The notes: a model not told the origin generated them from the letters alone. Shown: positions 18,420-30,709, numbered from the stretch's first letter. The stretch: DNA of 64,000 nucleotides from Patescibacteria group bacterium (GCA_041674765.1 JBAYVE010000004.1:26751-90750), one strand, 5' to 3'. Program-made: numbers and translations.

Positions 18420-18528
18420 TAGTACGATAAGACAGTTCATAAGGTAAAGTTTTTAAGGCAGTAAGGAGCTTCAACTGCTGGATGAATTTTCCAACTTTAT
18501 ATCTTGAAAAACTAAAAAAGGAGCAAAT

Positions 18529-19080
18529 ATGGCATTTTGGATAATCATTGCTGTTATAGCGATACTAGCCATCGCCGTAATCGGCATATACAATAATTTA
18601 GTGAAATTACGAATCAGGGCAGACGAAGCTTGGAGCGATATCAACGTTCAGATGAAGAGAAGATATGATCTGATCCCAAATTTAGTTGAAACTGTCAAAG
18701 GTTACGCCAAACATGAGAGAGAGGCTTTTGAGAATGTTACCAAGGCCAGAGCAGAAGCTCTGGGTGCCACGGGCGTCGCCGATAAATCTAAGGCCGAAAA
18801 TCAGCTGGAAGGGGCGCTCAAAACAATATTCGCGGTTGCTGAAGCTTACCCAGACCTCAAGGCAAATCAGAATTTCGCACAACTACAGACCGAACTGACA
18901 GATACGGAAGATAAAATTCAGGCATCCCGTCGCTTTTATAATAGCAATGTGCGAGAGTTGAATATCGCGATTCAATCATTTCCGACCAGCATCCTCGCTG
19001 GTATGTTCCGCTTCCAAACGAAAGAGCTCTTCGAATTGGAGGAGGCAGAGGAAAAAGAGCCGGTCAAAGTTAAGTTTTAA
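18529..19080 (+). CDS. lemA: LemA family protein
   Basis: N-terminal TM, then NNLVKLRIRADEAWSDINVQMKRRYDLIPNLVETVKGYAKHE typical of LemA. Confidence 0.85.
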   Translation: MAFWIIIAVIAILAIAVIGIYNNLVKLRIRADEAWSDINVQMKRRYDLIPNLVETVKGYAKHEREAFENVTKARAEALGATGVADKSKAENQLEGALKTIFAVAEAYPDLKANQNFAQLQTELTDTEDKIQASRRFYNSNVRELNIAIQSFPTSILAGMFRFQTKELFELEEAEEKEPVKVKF

Positions 19081-19194
19081 ATGCTAAAATTATTCTTGGA
19101 GTGTTTATATCTTGAGCGTTTAAAAAATGAAAGACGTGTCAGAATGGAACGGTTTTAATCCGTTCGGATAGAAAACAATAATAAAACTGGAGTC

Positions 19195-19560
19195 TTGATG
19201 AAGTTAAATTTCAATAAACCGAACCTTTCGATCCCAAAAATGAAATTGGTCAAACTGGACATTTCTAAGATCAATCTTAGAAAGCTGAACGGAATGACTA
19301 TTTTGGCGGTCTTGTCATACTTAAGTATACTGGTAATAATCCCGGTATTATTTGGTCGAAAGAGTTCATATATCCGATTTCATGCGAGACAAGGGATCGC
19401 ACTGCTTTTTTTGTGGGTAATTTTTAGTTTTTCTTTTTATCTGCCTTTCATTCCGTGGGTGTTGGCAGTGATAATCATCGCTTCGATAATCTACGGCATA
19501 GTCAATGCGGTGACCGGAAAAGAGAGAATATTGCCGCTGGTGGGGAAATACGCCAAGTAA
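19195..19560 (+). CDS. small membrane protein (DUF4870-like), LemA/HtpX-associated
   Basis: Two TM helices with HARQGIALLF motif; start codon uncertain. Confidence 0.5.
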   Translation: MMKLNFNKPNLSIPKMKLVKLDISKINLRKLNGMTILAVLSYLSILVIIPVLFGRKSSYIRFHARQGIALLFLWVIFSFSFYLPFIPWVLAVIIIASIIYGIVNAVTGKERILPLVGKYAK

Positions 19561-19593
19561 TTAATGCGAAAATAGAAAATAAACTATTATATT

Positions 19594-20511
19594 ATGAATC
19601 TTTGGACACAAGTAGATAGTAATAAAAGGAGGAGCGCCGCACTGGTGTTCTTCTTTGTGTTAATCGTGATTGGGCTTGGTTGGCTTTTTTCATATGTTTA
19701 TAATTCTCCGGCAATTCTTGTGATTGCTGTCATAATAGCAGTTGTTCAAGCGCTTTTGAGTTATTATTCGGGTGACGCAATCGTTTTAGCAACTTCGGGC
19801 GCTCAACAAATACAAAAAAAGGATAATCCGGAACTCTGGCGCATTGTTGAGAACCTGTCGATAACTGCAGGCTTGCCGATGCCAAAAGTCTATATTATCC
19901 CCGATGCTGCACCAAATGCTTTTGCAACCGGCAGAGACCCGAAACACGCTTCGGTGGCAGTAACAGCAGGGCTGTTGCAACGCCTGGACAAAAATGAACT
20001 CTCTGGAGTGATCGCTCATGAACTATCGCATGTCGGTAATTACGATATTCGGCTGATGACGATCGTAGCAGTATTGGTTGGAGTAATCGCGCTCGTCTCT
20101 GACATTTTTCTGCGTTCTCGTTTATTTGGCTTTGGCGGGAAGAGGGATGAAAATAGTGGAGGCGGCCAAATTCAAACAATCTTACTGATTGTTTCCATTG
20201 TCGCCGCAATATTGGCGCCGATTATTGGCATCATCGTTCAACTTGCAATTTCACGACGGCGCGAATATTTGGCTGATGCCGATGGCGCTTTGTTGACAAG
20301 ATATCCGGAAGGATTGGCGGGTGCTTTGGAAAAAATATCACAGTATAAGGCTCCGATGCGAAAAACAAGCACTGCTACTGCTCATTTATTTATCGCCAAT
20401 CCACTTGGCGCGAAAGAAAAGGGTGAGGATCAATCCGGTTTTGTAAAATTATTCTCAACTCATCCGCCGGTAAAAGAGCGTATTAAGATTTTGAGAGAAA
20501 TGTCTCTCTAA
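19594..20511 (+). CDS. htpX: zinc metalloprotease HtpX (M48)
   Basis: HELSHVGNYD HExxH motif, four TMs, conserved STHPP C-terminal motif. Confidence 0.9.
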   Translation: MNLWTQVDSNKRRSAALVFFFVLIVIGLGWLFSYVYNSPAILVIAVIIAVVQALLSYYSGDAIVLATSGAQQIQKKDNPELWRIVENLSITAGLPMPKVYIIPDAAPNAFATGRDPKHASVAVTAGLLQRLDKNELSGVIAHELSHVGNYDIRLMTIVAVLVGVIALVSDIFLRSRLFGFGGKRDENSGGGQIQTILLIVSIVAAILAPIIGIIVQLAISRRREYLADADGALLTRYPEGLAGALEKISQYKAPMRKTSTATAHLFIANPLGAKEKGEDQSGFVKLFSTHPPVKERIKILREMSL

Positions 20512-20740
20512 TTCAGCTCCAAATGTCATCCTCGGGACCAATGGTGATCTTGGAAATGGTACCCGGGGATCCAATTCCTTATTTATATTAGAGGACAGGG
20601 GGCTCTTTCTCTTCGAGTCTGAGCGACGAGGTCGCTAGGCCTCAGAGTCGAAGACCGATGCCTGAATAATTCTATAAACCCCCTCTAGCTCCCCCTTGAG
20701 AAGGGGGAGAAAATAGTGTTTTGGTAAGATTCAATTGGAT
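20512..20740. repeat. MITE-like repeat cluster. Modules present: gtcatcctcgggacc; gaggacagggggctctttctcttcgagtctgag; cctcagagtcgaagaccg; ctcccccttgagaagggggag hairpin
   Basis: Modules shared with 5545-6100, 36430-36480 and 45790-45830. Confidence 0.8.
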
Positions 20741-20741
20741 A

Positions 20742-21314
20742 CTAATTAACTTTAAACATCCCGCCGTGGCCGGGGATGATATAATCGGCAAGTTCTAAGA
20801 CTTTTTTTCTCGATTCGATAAGTTCGGGCATATCAGTTGCATACGGATCATTTTCGGGATAGTTCTCTTTCCAAAAGACATCGCCGACAACGGCTACTTT
20901 GCCGCTTGTGGTTTGGACAAGAAAAGTCAGGGCGTCACGGTTATGCCCCGGGGTTTTGACGATCTCAATATTATCAGAATATTTACCATTTTCGATATCT
21001 CTGTCTCTACCTTCCTGCCATTCGCCGAAGAATTCAACAATTCTAGTCGTCTCCGGAAACATCCCCGCATTACGATAGTGATCAATATGTGAATGGGTGA
21101 TAAAGATATGGGTGATATCTATTACTTTCAAATTTTCCCTTGCCAGGGCATCAATAAGCATCTGTTGGCTAGGAAGTTCTCCGGGATCGACAATGCCAAT
21201 AATATCACCGTCTTTTATCAGTGATATTGTAGCTGCTGTAGTTGGCTCCTTGCCTGCCAAATGGCAGTCTTTATGCAGCCACCCCTCGATCAATATTTTA
21301 ACTTCTGCTGCCAT
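20742..21314 (-). CDS. MBL-fold metallo-hydrolase
   Basis: THSHIDH (HxHxDH) and downstream His/Asp ligands. Confidence 0.8.
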   Translation of the reverse strand: MAAEVKILIEGWLHKDCHLAGKEPTTAATISLIKDGDIIGIVDPGELPSQQMLIDALARENLKVIDITHIFITHSHIDHYRNAGMFPETTRIVEFFGEWQEGRDRDIENGKYSDNIEIVKTPGHNRDALTFLVQTTSGKVAVVGDVFWKENYPENDPYATDMPELIESRKKVLELADYIIPGHGGMFKVN

Positions 21315-22224
21315 AATACTCCTTGATTAGGGGGATAATTTCCTTGCGCATAATGATTCCTTGACGGATTGCATAATTATCCCTGAATTTGATATTTAGG
21401 ACGCTCTCGAGCATTTGACTGGTCTCTTTTTCCGTGGAGATAAACAGATTGAGATTATCACTCAGATCTATTGTTGTCAGGAATATCTCATCAAGCTCAA
21501 ATTGATTTTTTATTTCTGTTAATGTAATGGATATCTCTTGTAGTTTGCCAAGCAAAATATTTGAACCAGTTATTTCCAGTTGAAGAATACCTATCTTGAG
21601 ACCACCAAATTCCTGGATTTTCATATCATCAACCAGACTCTCCTCAAGATTGGCGAGAATTTCTTTTGTTTTGGTTTGCAGCATCGTGTCTGCAATATCT
21701 TTTGGAGCTTCAGCAATCTTGGATAACCAGTCTGCCATCACGATATCCCTATCAGTAGTTGTATTGGATTTAAAATTTAAGGTGTTGGAAACAATGCCGC
21801 CATACAAAAGGAAAGCTGAGTTCTTTGAGAGCTCAATTTTATTATTGTAGAATCTCTCCGCAATGAGTGTAGCTGCTGCCCCGACAGGTTCAATTTGCCG
21901 CTTTGCATTTTTGAAAGACGTTTCATCGGTTACTTTGCGGTGATCTATGATTTCGATAACATTGTCTGGGTTGATATCCTTAGACAAGCCTGGTAGATCG
22001 CTTGTATCTACCAAAACTAATTGGGATTTTGAACCAATTTTTCCGGTTGGAAATTCGATTTTGAGATAATTGAGTAAGTATTTAACTTCAGGATGCGGCT
22101 TACCGGTCAAGATCGGCATTGCCGGTTTGTCATTTTGGCACAAAAAGTCGGAATAGGCGATAGCGGACGCTGTGCCATCGAGGTCTGGCCCGTCATAGCT
22201 CGTTACGATTATTTTTTCTGTCAT
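21298..22224 (-). CDS. ppaC: manganese-dependent inorganic pyrophosphatase (family II, DHH/DHHA2)
   Basis: Recalled similarity to B. subtilis PpaC: DGPDLDGTASAIAY, LVLVDTSD, IEIIDHRKV (DHH motif reads DHR here), EPVGAAATLIAERFY, LLYGGIVSNTLNFKSNTTTDRD; 308 aa. Confidence 0.8.
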   Translation of the reverse strand: MTEKIIVTSYDGPDLDGTASAIAYSDFLCQNDKPAMPILTGKPHPEVKYLLNYLKIEFPTGKIGSKSQLVLVDTSDLPGLSKDINPDNVIEIIDHRKVTDETSFKNAKRQIEPVGAAATLIAERFYNNKIELSKNSAFLLYGGIVSNTLNFKSNTTTDRDIVMADWLSKIAEAPKDIADTMLQTKTKEILANLEESLVDDMKIQEFGGLKIGILQLEITGSNILLGKLQEISITLTEIKNQFELDEIFLTTIDLSDNLNLFISTEKETSQMLESVLNIKFRDNYAIRQGIIMRKEIIPLIKEYYGSRS

Positions 22225-22284
22225 CGTATGTCATCCTTTCAGAAGCTATTTTTAATAACCAAAGCATCTCAAAAAATCTAGCCC

Positions 22285-22314
22285 TTGACAATATTTAATT
22301 GATTATGCTACACT
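22285..22314 (+). promoter_or_regulatory. sigma70-like promoter (TTGACA, 18-nt spacer, TACACT)
   Basis: Read directly at 22285-22290 and 22309-22314, upstream of the TrpR-like gene. Confidence 0.5.
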
Positions 22315-22325
22315 GTGTTAACACG

Positions 22326-22655
22326 ATGATACTAATCAAGAATTATCAAAAAAAGATGAAAAGAGAATTGGAACCGGAATTACAATCAAAAGCAGCCAAG
22401 AAACTTTATGAAATTTTGGCGTTGATCGAAAAGCCAGAAGAGATGGCATCCTTTTTGCGCGATCTTTTGACCTTGGAAGAAATCGAAGAGGCGAGCCGGC
22501 GGTTTTTGATTGCCGGGCAACTTAAGAAAGGGGACAAAAGCATCCGTGACATTGCGAAGGAATTTGGCGTTTCGACAACGACTGTTGTTCGTATAAATTA
22601 TTGGTTGCATCACGGCACGGGTGGATATGGGATTGCTTTGGAGAAGCTAGAGTAG
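22326..22655 (+). CDS. TrpR-like (YerC/YecD family) DNA-binding protein
   Basis: LLTLEEIEEASRRFLIAGQLKKGDKSIRDIAKEFGVSTTTVVRIN fits the Trp-repressor-like fold; start ambiguous (22299, 22326 or 22356). Confidence 0.55.
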   Translation: MILIKNYQKKMKRELEPELQSKAAKKLYEILALIEKPEEMASFLRDLLTLEEIEEASRRFLIAGQLKKGDKSIRDIAKEFGVSTTTVVRINYWLHHGTGGYGIALEKLE

Positions 22656-22691
22656 ATTAGTTTCTCCAAGTGGAATTTCATATCTGCGATG

Positions 22692-22716
22692 AATCCGCAA
22701 TTACGCGGATTTTTTG
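22692..22716 (+). terminator. intrinsic terminator
   Basis: atccgc aattac gcggat followed by TTTTT. Confidence 0.7.
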
Positions 22717-22741
22717 GTGCCAAATTCTAGAGGAGTAAACC

Positions 22742-22939
22742 ATGAAATCACTCGCTAGTACGGAACAAAAACCTCAGGCGGTAATTGCCGAGAGGACAGC
22801 ACAGACTAGCCATACCACTCTTGAAGTGACTTGGGTCTGCCCGCAATGTAACCGAAAAATTATAACATTGGCATTTCCGGGCGATCTTGAGCTTGAGGCC
22901 GATTGTTCTTGCGGACATTCAGTAGCAATCCGTGTTTAG
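22742..22939 (+). CDS. small zinc-ribbon protein (CxxC...CxC)
   Basis: Strong RBS aggagt; CPQCNRK..DCSCGH; own terminator downstream. Confidence 0.5.
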   Translation: MKSLASTEQKPQAVIAERTAQTSHTTLEVTWVCPQCNRKIITLAFPGDLELEADCSCGHSVAIRV

Positions 22940-22980
22940 TTGTAATCTTCAGTTAGAGATTAGCGACAACGTCAACCTTT

Positions 22981-23014
22981 GCCCCGATGGTTTATTCCGT
23001 CGGGGCGCTTTTTC
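22981..23014 (+). terminator. intrinsic terminator
   Basis: gccccgatggtttattccgtcggggc followed by TTTTT. Confidence 0.75.
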
Positions 23015-23049
23015 TATTGAAGGAAGCAATATTAACGGTTAAAATCATA

Positions 23050-25223
<2,174 letters not shown>

Positions 25224-25236
25224 TAAAATATATTTT

Positions 25237-25494
25237 ATGTTAGATAAATCAGATATAAAAATTATCAAAACTCTTCTTGCCGAGCAAAAGGACGGCATTA
25301 TTGAGGAGGTCAAAGACATTGTTGATTTTGCGATAGAGAAATCAGAATCAAAGATGAATGATAGATTTGATAAGGTTGATCAGAGATTTGACCAAGTTGA
25401 TGTAAGACTTGATAAAATGGATCAGTCAATCTCGGATTTGGCGGAAACCGATCAATATATATTGGATCACCTAAATAAGCATGAAAAAAAATAG
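25237..25494 (+). CDS. hypothetical small coiled-coil protein
   Basis: 85 aa, D/K-rich heptad pattern, tight spacing after ligA. Confidence 0.4.
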   Translation: MLDKSDIKIIKTLLAEQKDGIIEEVKDIVDFAIEKSESKMNDRFDKVDQRFDQVDVRLDKMDQSISDLAETDQYILDHLNKHEKK

Positions 25495-25580
25495 TTCGTT
25501 TGGAAGTAAAAGCCGGAATTGGCGAAGTTTAGTCTCGTGACCTACTATTTTTGAACTATTTAGAGAATCACTTTTTATTT

Positions 25581-26498
25581 ATGAAAAAACTAGATTTACC
25601 AAAAATAGATATTCACAAGATTGAAGAAATCGCATCGCTTGGCAAGGCTGATTTGCATATCCACTCGAATCATTCTGACGCTCGTCCCTCAATCCAGGAA
25701 ATTCTTGATTATGTTGAAAATCATACGAATTTGGATGTGATTGCAATTACCGATCATGACAAAATTAGCGGAGCCTTGGAAGCACAGGAACTTTTGAGAC
25801 AGAAGAAATACCGCTTTGAGGTTATTATCGGCGAGGAAGTCACAAGTAAAGAAGGACACATTCTTGGTTTGTTCTTAAAAGAGCCAATTCCAGGCGGTTT
25901 AAATGCTCACCATACTTTGGAAAGGATTCATGCGCAGGGGGGTATTGCGATTGCAGCTCATCCATTTCAGCATGTCCGGGTAAGAGATCCCAGATATTTA
26001 ACGCTTGATGGTGTTGGTTTGGTCACAATTGTTAAAGAAAAGAACGGTTTTGATGCCGTTGAAGTAGTGAATGCAACGCCAACCTTGGGTGAAGAAAATC
26101 TCCGGGCCGCATTTGTAAATAGAACGATGCTTTTCAAAGGTGAAACTGGATCATCTGATGCTCATATTGTGGAAGCGATCGGCAAAGGTTATACGCTTTT
26201 TGAAGGCAATACAGTGCAAGATTTGCACAAAGCATTGAAGCATCATCAGACTCAAGCTATGTATGCCCCCTGGACTTTAATGGCTCTGTTTAAATATCTT
26301 TTCTTTTTCATCCCCAAAGGCCTCAGATTAGCTTTTTTCACACTAGTAAAAGGACGGAGAGAGAAACGCCCTCAATTGATCAATTTGCCAAAGATAAAAC
26401 TCCGTCCGGATCTATTCCTTAAAAGCAGCGGATTATTTACCCTCCGCAAACCGGAAGAAAAAGAAGACGGCAAAGAGGGAAAAATAACCATCAATTGA
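25581..26498 (+). CDS. PHP-domain metal-dependent phosphoesterase
   Basis: DLHIHSNHSD and AITDHD PHP motifs. Confidence 0.8.
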   Translation: MKKLDLPKIDIHKIEEIASLGKADLHIHSNHSDARPSIQEILDYVENHTNLDVIAITDHDKISGALEAQELLRQKKYRFEVIIGEEVTSKEGHILGLFLKEPIPGGLNAHHTLERIHAQGGIAIAAHPFQHVRVRDPRYLTLDGVGLVTIVKEKNGFDAVEVVNATPTLGEENLRAAFVNRTMLFKGETGSSDAHIVEAIGKGYTLFEGNTVQDLHKALKHHQTQAMYAPWTLMALFKYLFFFIPKGLRLAFFTLVKGRREKRPQLINLPKIKLRPDLFLKSSGLFTLRKPEEKEDGKEGKITIN

Positions 26499-26565
26499 AC
26501 GGTTTGCAGTTGAACTTTAGATGCGTTAATGTTAGGATTTCTTTGTAGCATTAACCAGATTTATT

Positions 26566-26859
26566 ATGCCAAAATTGACCGCTGAAGAGGTCTTGCATAT
26601 TGCTAGACTTTCTAAACTAGAGCTTTCAAAGGAAGAGACGGGAAAATATCAGGAACAGCTTTCTTCTATTTTGGCGTATGTGGAACAGCTAAATGAAGTT
26701 GATACAGATGGTGTCGAGCCGACTGCAAACGTCACGGGGCTGGAAAACGTGGAGCGCGAAGATATAGTTGAGCCGTCGGGAATTACACATGAAGATATCG
26801 CGAAGAATGCACCTGAATTTAAGGACGGCAGCTTCATTGTTCCGGGTGTATTCGAATAA
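26566..26859 (+). CDS. gatC: Asp/Glu-tRNA amidotransferase subunit C
   Basis: LTAEEVLHIARLSKLELSKEE...VEQLNEVDTDGVEPT typical GatC. Confidence 0.9.
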   Translation: MPKLTAEEVLHIARLSKLELSKEETGKYQEQLSSILAYVEQLNEVDTDGVEPTANVTGLENVEREDIVEPSGITHEDIAKNAPEFKDGSFIVPGVFE

Positions 26860-26881
26860 ATGATAAAATCAAAAGGAGATT

Positions 26882-27544
26882 ATGAACCCAGAACAATTTA
26901 GCGACGTTGGCGTTAGGCAGCCAAAAGATATGTCCCCAATGGATATACCCAGTGGGGTCGATCTTCATGAAAATAAGCTTCTTGACGACCAGGGAAGAGC
27001 CATTTTTAAATATGGCCTAGAGAGGATGTTGGCCGGGTCTATCAGGACTTTTGGAGAAGAACCAGATTCTCCAGCCGAGTATACCGATGGATCACTTCTC
27101 ATTTTTCAGCCCGGCTATTTTTATGTTCATGTAGCGAAACGAGACTTAGCAGCAGAAGAAATCAACAGTATTGGGCAGCTAGTAGCCGATCTAGATATTA
27201 AGTATAGCTATCACGAGTATCTAGCAAAGGCAGTGAAACAACTGGATGAAATTGCGCAGACAGCAAAACCACTCGAACTATCAAGGGCAAGGGTTGAGTC
27301 GGAGTATATTGTTGGGGAGAAAAGTAATACTGGTTTCGCTGATGATGCAATGAACAAGGAACTCGCTGATCTGGGTGTTATAGCTGGCAAAATGAGAGAA
27401 CGCCTTCCTGTCCTGCACGCTGAGATCTTGTCGATTCAAACAAATTTAAAAGAACTTGGAGTCTCGCTTATTCGAAGTCAAACTGGTGATCAAACTGGTG
27501 GAAGAGCGTTTCCAATCGGATTAGTTAGAGCGGATATTGAATAA
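26882..27544 (+). CDS. hypothetical protein inserted between gatC and gatA
   Basis: Strong RBS aaaggagat; 220 aa with no motif I recognise; followed by a MITE-like repeat. Confidence 0.55.
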   Translation: MNPEQFSDVGVRQPKDMSPMDIPSGVDLHENKLLDDQGRAIFKYGLERMLAGSIRTFGEEPDSPAEYTDGSLLIFQPGYFYVHVAKRDLAAEEINSIGQLVADLDIKYSYHEYLAKAVKQLDEIAQTAKPLELSRARVESEYIVGEKSNTGFADDAMNKELADLGVIAGKMRERLPVLHAEILSIQTNLKELGVSLIRSQTGDQTGGRAFPIGLVRADIE

Positions 27545-27684
27545 ATAATTGCCCCTTGGTTGTCATTTCGACTCCCTGATGTGTTGTCAGGGGCGGAGAA
27601 ATCTTTTGCGGCACAATGGCGTTAAGTCAGTCTAAAGATCTCTCGGCTGGCTACCGCCGCTCGAGATGACAGAAAAGAAAAACA
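27545..27684. repeat. MITE-like repeat (gtcatttcgactccctgatgtgttgtcagggg ... ctcgagatgacag)
   Basis: Near-copy at 36312-36350. Confidence 0.7.
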
Positions 27685-29169
27685 ATGAATTTGCATCAAT
27701 TTACAATCAAAGAGGCATCTGAGAAATTAAGAATGGGCGAAATTACTTCGGTGGAATTGACCGAAGCCATTTTTGTGAGGATTGATGAAGTCGAGTCAAA
27801 AGTAGGCGCATACATTACTCTTTGCAAAGAGAAGGCTATGGAGATGGCGAAGGCATCCGATGAGCGACGGAAAAATGGTAAAATTCTCAGCCAAATTGAT
27901 GGTATTCCTGTCGCCGTTAAGGATATTATTTTGACGAAAGATATCAAAACCACGGCTGCTTCAAAGATTTTAGAAGACTTTATACCGCCATATAATGCGA
28001 CAGTATATAAAAGGCTGGAACTATCTGGTTGTGTGCTTATTGGGAAGACTAATCTAGATGAATTTGCGATGGGTTCATCGACAGAGAATTCAGCTCTCGC
28101 TGTTACGAAAAATCCTTGGGCGATAGATAGAGTCCCTGGAGGATCATCGGGAGGCTCTGCGGCTGCGGTGGCGGCGGACGAGTGCCTGTTTGCGTTGGGG
28201 ACGGATACCGGCGGTTCGATTCGCCAACCAGCCAGCTTCTGTAGCGTGACAGGGCTAAAAGTCTCCTATGGATTGGTTTCCAGATATGGTGTGATGAGCT
28301 ATGCCTCGAGCTTCGATACTATCGGACCTTTCGCCAAATCTGTTGAAGATATTGCCATAATTCTAAACTCAATTGCCGGCAACGACAAAAAAGATGCCAC
28401 GACAGTTCAAGGAGAACTACCCGATTATTCGGAATGTCTAGCTGGTGACATTAAAGGTAAGAAGATCGGGATTCCGAAAGAATATTACGGAGAAGGATTG
28501 GACCATGAAGTGGCCGAGATATTAGAGCAAACTAAAAAGAAGTTTGAGGAATTAGGTGCTATAGTCGAAGAAGTATCATTACCCCTGACGCATTATGCGA
28601 TTGCGACTTATTACATCCTCGCCAAGTCAGAAGCATCATCGAATTTATCGAGATATGACGGAATTCGTTTCGGACATTCTGTCCTAAAATCACAAAAAAT
28701 AAACGACAAATCACAAACCTTGGAACAAGTCTATTTGGAATCCCGAAGTGAGGGATTTGGGCCGGAACCTAAGCGCTCAATAATGATGGGGACTCATGCG
28801 TTGTCATCAGGTTATTTTGATGCATACTACAAGAATGCTGCTAAAGTCCGGACGAAAATTCGAAAAGAATTCGAAAATATTTTCAAAGAGTATGATATAT
28901 TACTGACACCAGTCTCGCCGTTTCCGGCATTTAGGATCGGTGAGAAATTGGCTGATCCACTTTCGATGTATCTTGCAGATGTTGATACAGCGCCGGTAAA
29001 CGTCGCTGGAGTGCCTGCACTAAGCATGCCCGCCGGGCTTACAAGCGACGGTTTGCCAGTCGGAGCACAGCTGATAGGTCCGATGTTCGGCGAAGAAAAA
29101 ATATTGCAATTCGGCTATGCGTATCAATTGGCTACAGATTTTCATAAAAAGAAACCGTTTATTAGGTAA
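27685..29169 (+). CDS. gatA: Asp/Glu-tRNA amidotransferase subunit A (amidase signature)
   Basis: GGSSGGSAAAVAA amidase signature, 494 aa. Confidence 0.95.
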   Translation: MNLHQFTIKEASEKLRMGEITSVELTEAIFVRIDEVESKVGAYITLCKEKAMEMAKASDERRKNGKILSQIDGIPVAVKDIILTKDIKTTAASKILEDFIPPYNATVYKRLELSGCVLIGKTNLDEFAMGSSTENSALAVTKNPWAIDRVPGGSSGGSAAAVAADECLFALGTDTGGSIRQPASFCSVTGLKVSYGLVSRYGVMSYASSFDTIGPFAKSVEDIAIILNSIAGNDKKDATTVQGELPDYSECLAGDIKGKKIGIPKEYYGEGLDHEVAEILEQTKKKFEELGAIVEEVSLPLTHYAIATYYILAKSEASSNLSRYDGIRFGHSVLKSQKINDKSQTLEQVYLESRSEGFGPEPKRSIMMGTHALSSGYFDAYYKNAAKVRTKIRKEFENIFKEYDILLTPVSPFPAFRIGEKLADPLSMYLADVDTAPVNVAGVPALSMPAGLTSDGLPVGAQLIGPMFGEEKILQFGYAYQLATDFHKKKPFIR

Positions 29170-29179
29170 ATATAATAAA

Positions 29180-30046
29180 ATGGGATCCCCGGGTCATGGC
29201 TTTGCCTGCTCCGAGGATGATAAGGAGAAAATGGGTAAACGAGCACAAATCAGGAGGGAGAAAAAAGAATATGTTCAAAAGGTTCGCAAGGAAACTTTGC
29301 GTATAATTGAGCGAAGCAAAAATCCTTGGGAAAACTTTTGGCGGACGATCAATTTCTGGATTTATTGTGCCTGTTTTATTGCTATTATCGCTTTCCCTTT
29401 CATTAAAAAGGACACTATGAATGGAATAGAAAACGCTGTCATCTATACCTCGATGGGAGATATAGAGATCGAATTGTACTCAAAGGATGCGCCGAAGACT
29501 GTCGAGAATTTTGTCGAATTATCTAAGCAAGGTTTTTACGACAATTTAACATGGCACCGAGTTATTAAGGGGTTCATGATACAAGGTGGCGATCCGAAGG
29601 GCGACGGAACTGGAGGCGAGAGCGCCTTTGGTGGGACTTTTGAGGATGAAATTAACGCGACAGCCCTCGGCCTAGACAAACAGATTGTCAAAAACACTCC
29701 TTCTGTCTCCGGCCAAATTGGTACTGAGGATTTGGAAAAATATGGTCAGCTGACAGTAAAGGAATATTATGAACAGATCAAAGGTTACCAGTATAGTGAA
29801 AATCTAAAATCTCATAAGATGCAAGCCGGTTCAATAGCTATGGCTAATTCTGGTGCCGATACCAACGGAAGTCAATTTTTCATAATTACTGAACAGGATC
29901 AGCCCCATCTAGATGGTATGCACACAGTATTCGGCAGGGTGACGAAGGGCTTGGATATAGCCCTAAAAATTTCGGAGGTACCTGTTGACGACAGCGACAA
30001 GCCAATTGATCCGGTGATGATTCAGTCGGTAGAGATTGTTGATTAG
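29180..30046 (+). CDS. cyclophilin-type peptidyl-prolyl isomerase with N-terminal membrane/basic extension
   Basis: VIYTSMGDIEIELY..APKTVENF..GFYDNLTWHRVIKGFMIQGGDP cyclophilin core. Confidence 0.85.
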   Translation: MGSPGHGFACSEDDKEKMGKRAQIRREKKEYVQKVRKETLRIIERSKNPWENFWRTINFWIYCACFIAIIAFPFIKKDTMNGIENAVIYTSMGDIEIELYSKDAPKTVENFVELSKQGFYDNLTWHRVIKGFMIQGGDPKGDGTGGESAFGGTFEDEINATALGLDKQIVKNTPSVSGQIGTEDLEKYGQLTVKEYYEQIKGYQYSENLKSHKMQAGSIAMANSGADTNGSQFFIITEQDQPHLDGMHTVFGRVTKGLDIALKISEVPVDDSDKPIDPVMIQSVEIVD

Positions 30047-30225
30047 AGTTCCTTTGTCATTCCAGACTGTAAGCTTGATCCGCTAGCTAGCGGGCTGGAA
30101 TCCAGTTACCTGCACAAGCAAAGCAACTTCCTGGATTCCCGGATCATGGATCGCCCAACTATTAGATTTCAAAGGTTAAGGCTCATCCTGTCCGAGAATG
30201 ACAATACTTAATTTATGGGAAAGAT
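30047..30225. repeat. MITE-like repeat cluster (gtcattccagactgtaagcttgatccgctagctagcgggctggaatcc; ggattcccggatcatgg; gtcatcctgtccgagaatgac)
   Basis: Near-identical element at 40877-40930. Confidence 0.8.
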
Positions 30226-30228
30226 ATT

Positions 30229-30708
30229 ATGAATTATAATTCGAGTTATCACAAAAAACAAAAATATCAGCAGCAGCCCGGTGTCGCCGAGGTTTTGATT
30301 GTTGGAATTTTTAAGATGCTTTGGTGGCTGGTCAGACTGCCATTTAGGGGGTTGAAGCTTGGTGTTAAGAAAACAGGCTTGAAGATCGAAGATAGAAGTT
30401 ATATCACTTCTAAAAGGTTAGAGGTCGAAAAAATGTTAAATGCTGAAAATCAAATAGAACTTAAACATGCCGTGATGGAGGCTGATAAATTAGTTGATTA
30501 TGCTTTGCAAGTAGCTGGATATCCGGGACAGACATTTGCTGATAGGTTTAGAAGTGTACGCAATTCTATCAGTCCATCATTGTATGATGAAGTTTGGCAG
30601 GGCCATATTGTCAGAAACCAGATAGCTCATGCGCAGGAGTCGAATATTATGAGTAGCGAATTACGAAATGCTGCCCGGAAACTATTGAATTATTTGGAGA
30701 GGATTTAA
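30229..30708 (+). CDS. membrane-anchored HEPN-like protein (R-N-x3-H motif)
   Basis: TM VAEVLIVGIFKMLWWLV; C-terminal HIVRNQIAHAQE matches the HEPN Rx4-6H motif; stop overlaps the next start. Confidence 0.4.
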   Translation: MNYNSSYHKKQKYQQQPGVAEVLIVGIFKMLWWLVRLPFRGLKLGVKKTGLKIEDRSYITSKRLEVEKMLNAENQIELKHAVMEADKLVDYALQVAGYPGQTFADRFRSVRNSISPSLYDEVWQGHIVRNQIAHAQESNIMSSELRNAARKLLNYLERI

Positions 30709-30709
30709 A

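Noticed and set aside
29170-29200. GGATCCCCGGGT (BamHI/SmaI-like polylinker string) at the cyclophilin start
   Set aside because: It is a single short occurrence inside a good coding context (MGSPGHG). It is most likely coincidence rather than vector contamination.
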